Source: a virus
Direction: 5' to 3' (one strand)
Virus record (IMG/VR): IMGVR_UViG_3300033153_009458
Span: 64,001-128,000 of that record
DNA: 64,000 bases
Positions 48,701 through 57,915 of the stretch are shown here, in pieces; the first letter of the stretch is position 1, and the number at the start of each line of letters is the position of its first letter. The notes beneath the pieces are model-generated. The model was not told where the DNA came from, did no database searches, and saw only the letters and a program-made list of their open reading frames with translations. The position numbers and the translations under genes were made by a program.

Positions 48701-49910
48701 AATATAAATTGTCCATTATTTCCGATAACATGACAGTAGTATTATTTTTTTTAGCGGCTGTCATATTGTACGTTGAATTTTTAGACCAAAACTCCATAAA
48801 AGTATTTTTGTTCCATTTGAAATATTCTATTAAAAAATTATCAAACAATGGAGACGGTTTGAAAAATTTCATAATATTATCCATTACGTACGGTGTAAAA
48901 ACATCTGTTTCCTGAATAGCTTTCATGAATACACTTGTTCTTGTTACCGTTGTATTTCCTTTATCATCTTTATTTCTTGTTTTTACATCAACATTTTGGT
49001 GCTTCATGATATCACGTCGAATTAAAGTATAATTCGATTCTTTTTTAATATCTGTTACACTATGATATTTTATATTACTAACAAAATCTTTAATTTCTTG
49101 GTACGGTTTATCTTTGAATTTTCTAAAAAATACAGCATACCATGTATCACCTAACCAATTATCCGAAAAATCGTAATCTTCGATCATTTGTTGTTCATCG
49201 GACTTTGAGTCTTGTTTTGGTGGTACATTAGCCGGATCATCTTGTACCTGAACTGTCGGTGATATTATGATTACTGGATCAACTATGGTATCGGGTACTA
49301 AAGGGGCATTAGGGGCATCAACTATAGTTGGTGATTGATGAGCTTTGTCAACTTCGTCTTTATCATCAATATCAAGCCCCGGAAAACCGAGTCTTCGAAC
49401 CATCTTGATAAAATCGTTGTTAATTTTGTGCTTCCTAGAATACGCAAAAAAGAACTTCATCAATTCATTCAGAGTAAGATCCGCCCGCATAAAACTGAAC
49501 AAATGCACTCGAAGAATACCGTCTATTTGAATCATCCTGTACTTGATTTGATCTAGCATCTTTCTAATCTGGATTTCATCTATTGATATAATTTTATCCT
49601 TTTTAATCAGTGCTAAAAATCTAGTAATCTTATTAATCCCGGCTATCGGTGCAAGCTTATTATCTACAAGAAATTTGATAGTCCACATCAAATCATTGCT
49701 TGTATCTGTTATAGCTTTTGGAACGAGTTTTTCACGTTTAATGTATTGCTTAACGTAATTATTGTCTGGATGTTCTTTGAACATAGCAATGTATCCAAGA
49801 AAATTAATGAAAAAAGAAGTCGCAATAACTGTATCTTTTTTCAGTTTGTCCTTGATAGGATCGATAAAATTTTCTCTTCCTTCAGCAATATACGTCTTAA
49901 ACGATTCCAT
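45756..49910 (-). CDS. 1384-aa putative virion-packaged protein with C-terminal PARP-type ADP-ribosyltransferase domain
   Basis: MESFKTYIAE leader; FHGT, GRMMGNGIYFS, KCAQY, PEWVVFD. Confidence 0.8.
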   Translation of the reverse strand: MESFKTYIAEGRENFIDPIKDKLKKDTVIATSFFINFLGYIAMFKEHPDNNYVKQYIKREKLVPKAITDTSNDLMWTIKFLVDNKLAPIAGINKITRFLALIKKDKIISIDEIQIRKMLDQIKYRMIQIDGILRVHLFSFMRADLTLNELMKFFFAYSRKHKINNDFIKMVRRLGFPGLDIDDKDEVDKAHQSPTIVDAPNAPLVPDTIVDPVIIISPTVQVQDDPANVPPKQDSKSDEQQMIEDYDFSDNWLGDTWYAVFFRKFKDKPYQEIKDFVSNIKYHSVTDIKKESNYTLIRRDIMKHQNVDVKTRNKDDKGNTTVTRTSVFMKAIQETDVFTPYVMDNIMKFFKPSPLFDNFLIEYFKWNKNTFMEFWSKNSTYNMTAAKKNNTTVMLSEIMDNLYYMQNLEAIQRILRADKPMMMKVFIDDHHQYVKIGQVLNLVDLNRVWGLSDRELLSWFIFNYMSESSSINFPDEVNAVKKAMPSFIDKVVKMGASNAYAVHRVRVEETLKLLHMGITDDDVKPDQLYFRYLREVMQDQAYFANINLLDVTTIKGYQTIIDNGGDVYHFYKKAGQLDILKGQGIPFTMYGVDKDGNGNINVLNFFNITNHLEDISEEDEKRLNVSRLYNKEIPIIKWLYEVYGLKFLNLYLQLSGNNFLDDFFYSPFEPEGKTALKNLIAEQMRQYPESYFQRILNYEATSRTPSWRFSDFLNILRGIIPIVERMSRLLKSKPSRYGGGMKYWYLDIDKDSFYAWADLYSIRANQESVDFDKSDTFQNLSRDEVAILSGYFSEHFNDQISDLLTDKPENIHNASIWLTQDESSTVTDFLDKGQIDEKNFIQVKNYTLYKGRELFINSMRVNGIKDTTLAFLEKLSDHEFKLFQADWISEIKTERFDSAQVNTLTKLFLQINDQKKRRDEKKKKTRDYSEFFKEIHKEIAKHISKLDTYFFKESIYYSKYLDKLYLDDEDAFSDQLDTIRPMNANYYYEKRKKMIDEAFFTEVLSKTSLYDSKIAPLERMKPEKLKQILSINNFQVSNTKETRMRLKKDETTKEFVKRFVAKLKEVHGDDTIPPLQAEEIVMTDLEKEQATANLSVHYSPKFTHGNVGVEIIDSFNVTFKHKEHEIFKAQYPTPTIVPAFHGTDPVAASFILRFGFAIVDRAIMNVNGRMMGNGIYFSNILDKCAQYLRGTGSFASAGTRRQGNIGYIFEMEAYLGEKGRDSKEAGTGKDSIRSPEWVVFDPRAQLDIKKVHKVRLTKKTEMLKLAKKHGVNVAQQEYHNRLASFSDYLMEKRKEENIDCISFVFRAGQIPYKGELIEFEEFNKKLENVPNVHIEYSQKGPVLMFHNDSDLNDVIDITNLYEFLHTDPEGKLSQLQMLIQKYVG

Positions 49911-50454
49911 GTACTTTTTTACCTAGCTCTATTTTTTTGTGAATTTCTTTTATTATTTTTTTGTGTATTGGATTTAACGATCTTTTCATTAATCTAAAAA
50001 TTTCAAGTGTTTCATCTGTGTATTTTTGAACCCATTTTTTAGGCGCACGAGCAAAATCACTTACATTGTCAAGTCGATCAGCCAATTTGATGAGTAATTC
50101 TTCATCGGACATTTTATTCATTTTGTGCGCGTAGTATTCCGGCTTGCCGTATTTCTTTTCCGCTTTAGTATTCTTAGTTAAAGTTTGAACCAAGTCGGCT
50201 ACACGTTTACCGAAAGTTGCTTCTATCTCTTCGTAAGTTGCCGGTGTATCTTCAATTGTATCGTGTAACTGAGCGGCTGATATTATATCTTTGTCGGCTG
50301 TGAATTTCGCAACCATTTTGGCTACTCGATTCGGGTGTGATATAAACGGCTCAAAAGTAAATCTTCGATTCTGTCCACTATGCCTGAATTGAGCAACACT
50401 AGCTGCGTGATCTGGTGTCGTCATTTCTTTTACTATTTGTTTAAATGTTCTCAT
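49897..50454 (-). CDS. RelA/SpoT-type HD hydrolase (small alarmone hydrolase/Mesh1-like)
   Basis: EPFISHP, AAQLHDTIEDT, FGKRVADLV..LTK, IKLADRLDN; MRTFKQIVKE leader. Confidence 0.88.
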   Translation of the reverse strand: MRTFKQIVKEMTTPDHAASVAQFRHSGQNRRFTFEPFISHPNRVAKMVAKFTADKDIISAAQLHDTIEDTPATYEEIEATFGKRVADLVQTLTKNTKAEKKYGKPEYYAHKMNKMSDEELLIKLADRLDNVSDFARAPKKWVQKYTDETLEIFRLMKRSLNPIHKKIIKEIHKKIELGKKVHGIV

Positions 50455-51375
50455 GTTGCATTTATAGCTGTTTTTACCATGTCCTTAAAGCTGAAATTCG
50501 TTAGATTTTTTGCTTTGGTTTTATTCCTATTTACTATATCTTGATATTCTGGTGACTTAACGATCTTGATTATATCTTTGTAATCCCTTGATCCTTTTTG
50601 TACTTCTTGCTTTTTGTTTTTCATCCATTGGTAAAACTTCACAACTATATCGTCGAGTCCTTTTTTATGAAGACACGCAATAAACTTACTTGAGTCACCT
50701 TTTGCGTTTACTTTACACGCTTGCATATCTGTTTTTGCGTCTTCTTCGAGCAAGCTATTTTCAAACTCTTCTATAAAATTCATATTTAACCTTTTGGTAA
50801 ATCTGTTTTCATTTTCTTTAGAAGTTTTATTAAATCATCTATTTGTTTTTGTACTACAAACTCTATTGTATTATTACCTTGTTTAATAAATAATTCATCA
50901 GCTTCACCTATTCCAATTTTTGTTAATGGTGAAACTCCTGATAAAACGACATTTTTGGTTTCTAACATATCTTTAAAAGTTTTCATATTGTAAATTTCCT
51001 GTCAGCTGTTTTAAAATTTTTCTTTCGCATAACCGTCTTACCTACTAAATCGAACATCTTTGATCGCCTGTTGTATTCAAAAACAAACGGCATGTTTAAA
51101 TCAGTCATCATATCATTAATAACCGCTTGTGTTTTGTGTGATAATTTAGCTATTTCTTTACCATATTTTCTGTACGATTCCTTAAATAATCGCATCAATT
51201 CAGCAACGGTAATAAGTTGTCTTTCATTTCGTTTATCATTAACCCGCTTTAAAAAATGACCAGTAAAAGCAACATCAATTCCTAAAGTTTGAAAGAGCTT
51301 ATCAGCGTATTTTTCAATACCTTTTAACTCTTGTTGCGATACTTCTTCATTTAAAAATTGCTTGAAAGTTTTCAT
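50451..51375 (-). CDS. Three putative internal head proteins (50451-50783, 50786-50986, 50983-51375)
   Basis: MNFIEEFENSLLEE, MKTFKDMLE, MKTFKQFLNEE. Confidence 0.65.
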
Positions 51376-51611
51376 ATATTTTTCAAATTTACTGATAAAA
51401 TTTTTGACTGAGTTAAAAAACCTGTATCGATTGCAAAACGGATCATATCTTCATCATTGTCTTCAAAAATATCTAAACAAATACGATGTGCAAAATAATG
51501 TCCATCTAAATTACCAAGATTATTAGTATTCCAACCAAAATATGCTTGATGGGTATCTGTAAATTTTTTACCACACCAACGGCACCTTGATTCTTTTCCT
51601 TCGTCTATCAT
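51372..51611 (-). CDS. Small zinc-finger-like protein
   Basis: CRWC...HRIC. Confidence 0.55.
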   Translation of the reverse strand: MIDEGKESRCRWCGKKFTDTHQAYFGWNTNNLGNLDGHYFAHRICLDIFEDNDEDMIRFAIDTGFLTQSKILSVNLKNI

Positions 51612-52000
51612 TCTTTAAGAAACCGTATTTGACTTTTAAGATCTTTTACTGAATTATTAACGTACCGCTTACTCGCCTTTTTTTCTTGTAATTCTTTTAT
51701 TTTTAGGTTTATACGCTTTTCCATAGCTTCTATATTTCTATCAAATTCTTCAATATCTTTTTCAAGATCACTTACATCTATTTTTCCTGAATTTTGTATA
51801 TCTGTGATATCTTTAGAATTACCTTGAATCTGAAGTTGATAAAATACGGCTGTCGAAACAAAAAAAGCTACTACAATAATAATTTTAAGTACTGTAGGCA
51901 TATCGAATTCTAATTCAGTAACATCTACTCGACCATCGCCTTTACGTTTGTCTTCTCCTTCGAACTTTTCTTTTTTTATCCGTTTTTCTTTTTTTACCAT
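51608..52000 (-). CDS. Single-pass membrane coiled-coil protein
   Basis: VLKIIIVVAFFVSTAVFY then heptad-rich region. Confidence 0.65.
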   Translation of the reverse strand: MVKKEKRIKKEKFEGEDKRKGDGRVDVTELEFDMPTVLKIIIVVAFFVSTAVFYQLQIQGNSKDITDIQNSGKIDVSDLEKDIEEFDRNIEAMEKRINLKIKELQEKKASKRYVNNSVKDLKSQIRFLKE

Positions 52001-52011
52001 TTGATTTCCCC

Positions 52012-52179
52012 CTACTTAAATCTATTGTGCATCCAATATTCGTATTCAATGTATTCGTTCAGTTCTTTGGGTGTCCATCCGTTTTTAATCATTAAATACA
52101 ATATATGTCCTAACGATAGTGATATATACAAACAATACAAACCGCCGATATAAAGAAGCGCACTTATAATAAAACTCAT
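52012..52179 (-). CDS. 55-aa membrane peptide (not in track)
   Basis: MSFIISALLYIGGLYCLYISLSLG...; ATGA overlap with upstream gene. Confidence 0.55.
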   Translation of the reverse strand: MSFIISALLYIGGLYCLYISLSLGHILYLMIKNGWTPKELNEYIEYEYWMHNRFK

Positions 52180-52538
52180 CTGACAATTTTTCCTGTATTT
52201 GGAATAATTTGTATAGCTCTATCATCCCAAAATTCACGCATCCCGTTATCTTTTATATTCGTTACTTCAAGCCCGCCTATACCATGAAGCTCTAACCATT
52301 TTTCAATATATGGTATTGCTTTTGGATCTGTTGCCCTAGCAGTAAAAATTTTTATTGTTTTTCCTTCTTGTATCCATTTACGCACTCGTGCAAGCATAGC
52401 TGGTATCGGTTCACCGATATGGCCTTCACCTTTCCAACCATCGTAATACGCCAACGTCCTGTCTAAATCAACTGCGATTGATTCGGTGTACGTCTTTAAT
52501 GTGTCACTTTCCATAATATATTCTTTAAAAGTTTTCAT
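52176..52538 (-). CDS. HAD-superfamily phosphatase with CTS-like leader
   Basis: IAVDLDRTLA, IFTAR, TNIK, WDDRA; MKTFKEYIME. Confidence 0.8.
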   Translation of the reverse strand: MKTFKEYIMESDTLKTYTESIAVDLDRTLAYYDGWKGEGHIGEPIPAMLARVRKWIQEGKTIKIFTARATDPKAIPYIEKWLELHGIGGLEVTNIKDNGMREFWDDRAIQIIPNTGKIVR

Positions 52539-52762
52539 AGAACACTTTTTTCCTGTTTTTCACAATACGGACAAGGATGCCCACTCGGTAATTTTTTATT
52601 TAAATCAATAGTTGTTTCTTTAGTCCATTTAGAACAAATTAAACGCATTTTGTTATCGTCTAGTAATTCGAATGGATGATTACGTTTCCAATTCGGGCTG
52701 TATTTTTTATCGAACATGTCCGATACTTCTTGAATATTTAAATATTCTCTAAATGTTTTCAT
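52535..52762 (-). CDS. Small protein with CTS-like leader and CPYC
   Basis: MKTFREYLNIQE. Confidence 0.6.
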   Translation of the reverse strand: MKTFREYLNIQEVSDMFDKKYSPNWKRNHPFELLDDNKMRLICSKWTKETTIDLNKKLPSGHPCPYCEKQEKSVL

Positions 52763-53763
52763 TTAAATTTTACTCTCCATTTATTTAAATCAAACCAACC
52801 TTCATAATCATAATCATCGTACATAATTCCTTTTGTTAAAATATTACCACTTACGGCTCTTTGCATTTTTTTAACAAAACCATTACAATCTAGGACCGAA
52901 AATTTGTATTTTTTATCTAATACTTCTTCAATTATATCGTAAACTAAACCACCATCGTTTAAATGCCATTCTAAGAATTCGGTGTACTCACCTTCTGGAT
53001 AACTATCTGATAAAGCCTTCATATTGCTGTGTCTAAGTTCTACTTGTCCTAAGTTCAAATGTCGAACTCCAATTTTATCAATAATTGGCAACATTTCAAA
53101 TAATTCTTTTCGATGGTTAGGCCAAGAAGGTGTTTCTATACTCACCGTGTTGAGTATTCCAACTGCTTCTTCTATTGTACGGTATATCTTTTCTGAAAAA
53201 TTTGATGCACCGATATGAATTCGAATTTCATCAAAACCTATTTCTTTTAAAAAAAGAAGTTTTTCATTGGTTAAGCTCATTCCATTTGTGTATACATAAT
53301 ACCAAATTGGACTTTTCAATTCGGGTTCAATAAAATTTTTAAAATATTTTGTACCGTGTGCAATCATATCTAAATGTAAAATTGGATCACCACCACCAGA
53401 AAATGATAATGAATGAACTTTACTTTTTTCATTTATAACTCTACTTAAAGCCCACTCAACCTCTTGTTTAAAAATATCGGGGATAGTGTGAATCTTTGTT
53501 TTTTTTTCGTTATTGTGTGATTCACGATTATCAGTACAATAATCACAATTTGCTTGGCATAAATTTGGCTGCCCAAATAAAGATGGACCAACATTCATTT
53601 TTAATTGGCCGTACGCAAAGCATCCAACACATCCCGGTGATAATTTACCTGTGTGAGCGCAATGTCCATTAGCGTGTATTCGTAAACCTTTAAGTTTTAA
53701 TTTATTTTGTCGATCAAATATTTTTTGGTATGCTTCTTGTATTGGTAATAATTTCATATTCAT
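52759..53763 (-). CDS. Radical SAM protein
   Basis: CQANCDYC, SGGGDP, YTNG, DEIRIH; extra N-terminal SPGCVGC. Confidence 0.88.
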   Translation of the reverse strand: MNMKLLPIQEAYQKIFDRQNKLKLKGLRIHANGHCAHTGKLSPGCVGCFAYGQLKMNVGPSLFGQPNLCQANCDYCTDNRESHNNEKKTKIHTIPDIFKQEVEWALSRVINEKSKVHSLSFSGGGDPILHLDMIAHGTKYFKNFIEPELKSPIWYYVYTNGMSLTNEKLLFLKEIGFDEIRIHIGASNFSEKIYRTIEEAVGILNTVSIETPSWPNHRKELFEMLPIIDKIGVRHLNLGQVELRHSNMKALSDSYPEGEYTEFLEWHLNDGGLVYDIIEEVLDKKYKFSVLDCNGFVKKMQRAVSGNILTKGIMYDDYDYEGWFDLNKWRVKFK

Positions 53764-53780
53764 TTTATTAAGTTAGTTAG

Positions 53781-54293
53781 TTAATGTATTTTTGCTCTTT
53801 GTTTTATATATTCATTGAATTGACTTTTTCCTGTGTGGTTTTTTGTTAATTCTATTAAAAAATCTTGTGTAACTAATAAATGCCAAAAAATACCTTTTTT
53901 ATTTTTTGGATTCAATAGTTTTGAATTGTTTAATACTTTTTGGTGATCTTTTTCAACTATTGCTGCTAATTTATTATGCCCGATGAATATACTATTTTCA
54001 TTTTTTGGATTAAATAAATCTTCTAAAAAATCGATTCTTTCAATAGCACCTTTTCGAGTTTTCATTAATTTTGATGGAGCATTTCTTAATAAATCCCATT
54101 GTGTTGTATCTCGTGTTTCTAAAAGACTTACTCTTTGGCTTAATACATCAATTTGTTTATTGTTGTTTGATATCACCACTGTTACTGAAGTAACAGCCGT
54201 TGCAGTGACGAATACAACAAATAAAATAATTGCAATTAATTGTCGTACTGTTATTGTGGCCTTATCAGCGGCTATTGTTTTATCTGTTGTCAT
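53781..54293 (-). CDS. N-terminally anchored membrane protein
   Basis: LIAIILFVVFVTATAVTSVTVVI; LFNPKN/LLNPKN repeat. Confidence 0.65.
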   Translation of the reverse strand: MTTDKTIAADKATITVRQLIAIILFVVFVTATAVTSVTVVISNNNKQIDVLSQRVSLLETRDTTQWDLLRNAPSKLMKTRKGAIERIDFLEDLFNPKNENSIFIGHNKLAAIVEKDHQKVLNNSKLLNPKNKKGIFWHLLVTQDFLIELTKNHTGKSQFNEYIKQRAKIH

Positions 54294-55090
54294 TATGCGT
54301 ACTTGAATTCGTATTCTTTGATTTCAATTTTAATTCTTTTCATTAGATGATCCCAAAAGCCGGTTAGTCTTTTAATCCATTTTTTCTTGTATTTTTCATC
54401 GTATCGATCTATATCAGCGTATTTTCTAATCAAATCAAGAAACCATATATAATCTTTTTCTCTAAGTTTTACTAAATTCATACGTTGCTCTAAAGACATT
54501 TCATTATAAACAACTTTTTCAAAATAACTTACAGCCGCTTGATAAAATGCGTTGAATTCTTTAGGATTACTCATATAATCACTAGTAGATTGATAAACTT
54601 TATCTATCTTATCAAAATAATTATCTGGATTTTTCCAACGTTTTTTGTCCATCAAATGTATAACTTCATGAATAAAAGTTTCACGTTGTTTTTTAAATTT
54701 ACCTGCTACTTTTCCATCATTAGATCTTTTGTTAAAATCCCATGCCGGTGGTAATGCGTATATAATTATTAAGTCTTTATTTTCAATAGTAGTGCTGAAC
54801 GAACCATGTGTAAATTTTTTTTCACCTGATGGTCTAATTGTACTACCTTCTTTCATTTCAATTGTTAAATTTAATTTGTTAAATCGCTCACTAGCTCCTT
54901 GTACTTTAATTAATTCAAGACAATAAAATAACGGTCCTTCGTCTGAACGTTTACCAAGAAAAACATATTTAAATCTTTGTGATGGGTTTTTAAGCAAATT
55001 GTAAACACGTATGTATAACTTGTCCGCTATTACACGAAAAGCCGTATCCCGTTTTGCATCTTCTTCTAAGTATTGTCTAAATCGCTTCAT
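54293..55090 (-). CDS. HExxH putative zinc metallopeptidase with CTS-like leader
   Basis: MKRFRQYLEE; TFIHEVIH...PKEFNA. Confidence 0.65.
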   Translation of the reverse strand: MKRFRQYLEEDAKRDTAFRVIADKLYIRVYNLLKNPSQRFKYVFLGKRSDEGPLFYCLELIKVQGASERFNKLNLTIEMKEGSTIRPSGEKKFTHGSFSTTIENKDLIIIYALPPAWDFNKRSNDGKVAGKFKKQRETFIHEVIHLMDKKRWKNPDNYFDKIDKVYQSTSDYMSNPKEFNAFYQAAVSYFEKVVYNEMSLEQRMNLVKLREKDYIWFLDLIRKYADIDRYDEKYKKKWIKRLTGFWDHLMKRIKIEIKEYEFKYA

Positions 55091-55563
55091 AATTTAATTC
55101 CTAAATCACTCTCAGTAAAAATTTGAAAATATAATTTTCTACCAGTTTCTCGCCTCACCTTTGCACAAAAAAGTTTAGCGGCATCGAATTTGTTCTCATT
55201 CTTTACCCATTCAGCTAGTCTTTTATTATATGCTTTCGTTACTCTTTTAGGTTTTTTTGGCTTTTGTAATTTAGCTTTTGGTTTAACTTCAACAAGATAT
55301 TCTTTTATATCTCCATCGTTATCATTTACCTTCACCCAAAAATCAATAAAATATCTGTGTATTTTTTTATCAATATCGTATTTGTATTTTATGTGATCTT
55401 CAGAACTCCATTCCATAACTGAAGGATTTGAGTCTAAAAATCCCTTAACAAATTTTATCTCGTACGAACTCCTTAACGTAATTGGTCTTCTTCCGGTGTA
55501 TTTTTCCGGGTGTTTCAAATACGGGTAATACTCTGCTATTTGTTTATATTTGGACCTGTTCAC
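55087..55563 (-). CDS. 4: Head completion nuclease (gp4-like)
   Basis: HPEKYTG, RSSYE, WSSE, HRYFIDFW, LVEVKP. Confidence 0.9.
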   Translation of the reverse strand: MNRSKYKQIAEYYPYLKHPEKYTGRRPITLRSSYEIKFVKGFLDSNPSVMEWSSEDHIKYKYDIDKKIHRYFIDFWVKVNDNDGDIKEYLVEVKPKAKLQKPKKPKRVTKAYNKRLAEWVKNENKFDAAKLFCAKVRRETGRKLYFQIFTESDLGIKL

Positions 55564-56042
55564 TAAGCAATCCTAGAATAAGTGTAATAATCACAATTCA
55601 TAGCTACGTCAACCGTGATATTCGTATTATCTGAGTCCGAAGAATTAAAATTGATATCACTTATACTTTCAAACCACGAACTATGAAACTGAAACTCCAT
55701 AATTGGATGATTCATATTATCCATTAACTGCAAGATCCCTAGAAATGTGTGTTCAGGATCTTGCATGTTAGTTTCCATATTTTTTATCTGACTCATATGA
55801 TCTAAGATTTGTTCTAAAGCAAGCAATCTATCGTCGAGTATAACAGTCAAATTAATCGGATTTACAGTGATAGAATCACCAGGATACTTCCTAGGTATAC
55901 CCATATCATTGTGTTCAGTTAATCCTAGTGTAATACCTAATCCACTGATTTGTTGACACTGAAAATCTATATTTTCGTGACCCGGTTCAGCGATAGTAAA
56001 ACTGAAATTTGTTGAACTAAATTGTGCCGCTGTAAATCCCAT
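55563..56042 (-). CDS. 3: Tail completion/tube terminator (gp3-like, tail-tube fold)
   Basis: STNFSF, FQCQ..SGLGITLG, PGD, ILDDRL, F...WFESISDINF. Confidence 0.7.
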   Translation of the reverse strand: MGFTAAQFSSTNFSFTIAEPGHENIDFQCQQISGLGITLGLTEHNDMGIPRKYPGDSITVNPINLTVILDDRLLALEQILDHMSQIKNMETNMQDPEHTFLGILQLMDNMNHPIMEFQFHSSWFESISDINFNSSDSDNTNITVDVAMNCDYYTYSRIA

Positions 56043-56050
56043 TTATATCC

Positions 56051-56449
56051 TTATGTTATTTCTGCTTTGACTTCTTCTAGATTCAAAAACGGTCTTAAAG
56101 CATTTATTTGACGCCCGGATAATTGAAAATTTTCCTTGTATACTAAAGGTTCAACTTCAAATTTTATTTTGATAGCGTGTAAAGCTTTTAATTCTTTTAA
56201 GAATGTTTCAGCTTTTTCTTTTGCTACTCTCCAGCGTCTTTGCTCTTTATCTTCTGGATCAATTTCACCGTATTGTTGAAGAAGTTTAGCCTTCGCTTGA
56301 AAAAAAGCAAAACTCTTATCACCTACTTTTTGAAAAACTTCAGCGATCAAATACGTTGTTACTGCATCCAAATCGTCTTTATCGTAAATCTTTTTTAACG
56401 CTTCGCCAAAAACATCGTTATCGAAAATTTCATTCGTAACTTCTATCAT
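56051..56449 (-). CDS. Hypothetical protein
   Basis: 132 aa with SD. Confidence 0.65.
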   Translation of the reverse strand: MIEVTNEIFDNDVFGEALKKIYDKDDLDAVTTYLIAEVFQKVGDKSFAFFQAKAKLLQQYGEIDPEDKEQRRWRVAKEKAETFLKELKALHAIKIKFEVEPLVYKENFQLSGRQINALRPFLNLEEVKAEIT

Positions 56450-56458
56450 TATTTTCCT

Positions 56459-56695
56459 TTATTTTTTTGGTTGGTATACTGAAAACTTTGAAACAACTGC
56501 TTTAATTATTTTGAACAGAATATTTCCTTCAATTGCGGCCCAAATTTTATTATCTCTTTCACCGGGTATAATTTTAACGATTGTAGGCATAACAATCGTT
56601 GCAATAACGACGATAGTACCTATAAGTGTTAATATCATAACTCCGTAAGGACTTGCGGCAACTATACCAGCAAACCATAATGCTAATGCTTCCAT
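56459..56695 (-). CDS. Holin candidate
   Basis: 78 aa, strongly hydrophobic, basic C-terminus, directly after the endolysin. Confidence 0.6.
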   Translation of the reverse strand: MEALALWFAGIVAASPYGVMILTLIGTIVVIATIVMPTIVKIIPGERDNKIWAAIEGNILFKIIKAVVSKFSVYQPKK

Positions 56696-57328
56696 TTATT
56701 CTCCTTTAGCTATATTAATTATTTTACTTAATTTTTCTCTGAGATCTTCATTTTCTTTTTCGAGCAACATAGCTCTTTCTTTAAAAATCACGAGAGATTT
56801 TACATCAAACGGATTAGATAAACCTGACAATCTTTCGGTCGATACTAATTCAAAATGTGGAAAATCTACAAATTTGGTTTCTTTAAGATCCCAATCTTGA
56901 TCCCAATCTGTACCGTTTTTTACTTGAATACCCATTGCTTGTGCTAAACCTAAAACAAACCCGGCAAAAATAGCAAATTCTACTTCTTCTTCCCAATCAA
57001 TATGTGGTGTTCGATGCCCGTAATACGGTACCGCATCAACAGCCATTGATGGTGTTGAATTATGCTTAGAGTCCGGCCATTTAACTTTTGTTATTTGTGG
57101 TACTGCGTTAAAAAATCTATTTTGAGTTTCTTCATTTCTGTGACCACAAATAACCGAACAATCAAACCATTTAACTACTTCTTCAAACAATTCTTGTAAT
57201 AGTGGATGAGCTTCACTTAAATTTCTTGCTGATGTACTTCCGAAACTTGGCATAACTTTCTCCTTTGAATTTGTTCGTTTCGAGAACACTTGGAGTATTT
57301 TAAATAATATTTCAAGTATTTTTCTCAT
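56696..57328 (-). CDS. Endolysin, M15-family L-Ala-D-Glu peptidase (alternative start MPSFG at 57253)
   Basis: SARNL..AHP.L, CGHR, SKH...AVD, DW...DFPHFEL. Confidence 0.88.
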   Translation of the reverse strand: MRKILEILFKILQVFSKRTNSKEKVMPSFGSTSARNLSEAHPLLQELFEEVVKWFDCSVICGHRNEETQNRFFNAVPQITKVKWPDSKHNSTPSMAVDAVPYYGHRTPHIDWEEEVEFAIFAGFVLGLAQAMGIQVKNGTDWDQDWDLKETKFVDFPHFELVSTERLSGLSNPFDVKSLVIFKERAMLLEKENEDLREKLSKIINIAKGE

Positions 57329-57336
57329 GTTTTTAT

Positions 57337-57915
57337 TTATAGTTTATTTTTTAGCTTCTCTATATCAAGTTTAATTTTATTATGATTTTCAGTATTTTTT
57401 TCTTTATATTGCTTCAAATCTTTTTCTGATTCGTCAATATCTTCTTTTATATCTTCAACTTGAATATTTACTGATTTTCTAAATTGTGCGCAGCCTTGAA
57501 TATGTGCCTTGAAATCCCCTTGTAAATCAAAATAAGAAAATAAACCCCCGGCTGTAAAGATAACAAACATAATAATAACAATAAGCCAAGGTGCCCATTT
57601 ACGCTCTGATCGTTGGTTCATTTGATTCTCGACATCGGTGGCTGTTACGTAGTGACCTTTTTCAAAAGTTTCGAGTTGTTTTCTGAGGCTTTTAAATTCT
57701 TCACCAGCTAGTAATTTTTTAGTATCTTGAAGTTCTTGATTATGCGAGAATTCGGTTAAAACTTCTTGTTTTAAGTGTTCGAAAGCTTGTGAGATTTGTT
57801 CAAATTTTGAATCTGTGTAATCTTTTTGATTAGATTCAACTAATTTTTGAATTTTTGTGATGGTTTCGTTAATTTGTTGTAAAGAACCATTTCCGTTATT
57901 GTCATTAGGTGGCAT
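57337..57915 (-). CDS. Membrane coiled-coil protein
   Basis: Central WAPWLIVIIMFVIFTAGGLFSYF flanked by coiled coils. Confidence 0.65.
   Translation of the reverse strand: MPPNDNNGNGSLQQINETITKIQKLVESNQKDYTDSKFEQISQAFEHLKQEVLTEFSHNQELQDTKKLLAGEEFKSLRKQLETFEKGHYVTATDVENQMNQRSERKWAPWLIVIIMFVIFTAGGLFSYFDLQGDFKAHIQGCAQFRKSVNIQVEDIKEDIDESEKDLKQYKEKNTENHNKIKLDIEKLKNKL

Noticed and set aside
50983-51375. RNase (RegB/BECR-like) call from FTGHFLKRVND
   Set aside because: Single short motif; not supportable without a profile search
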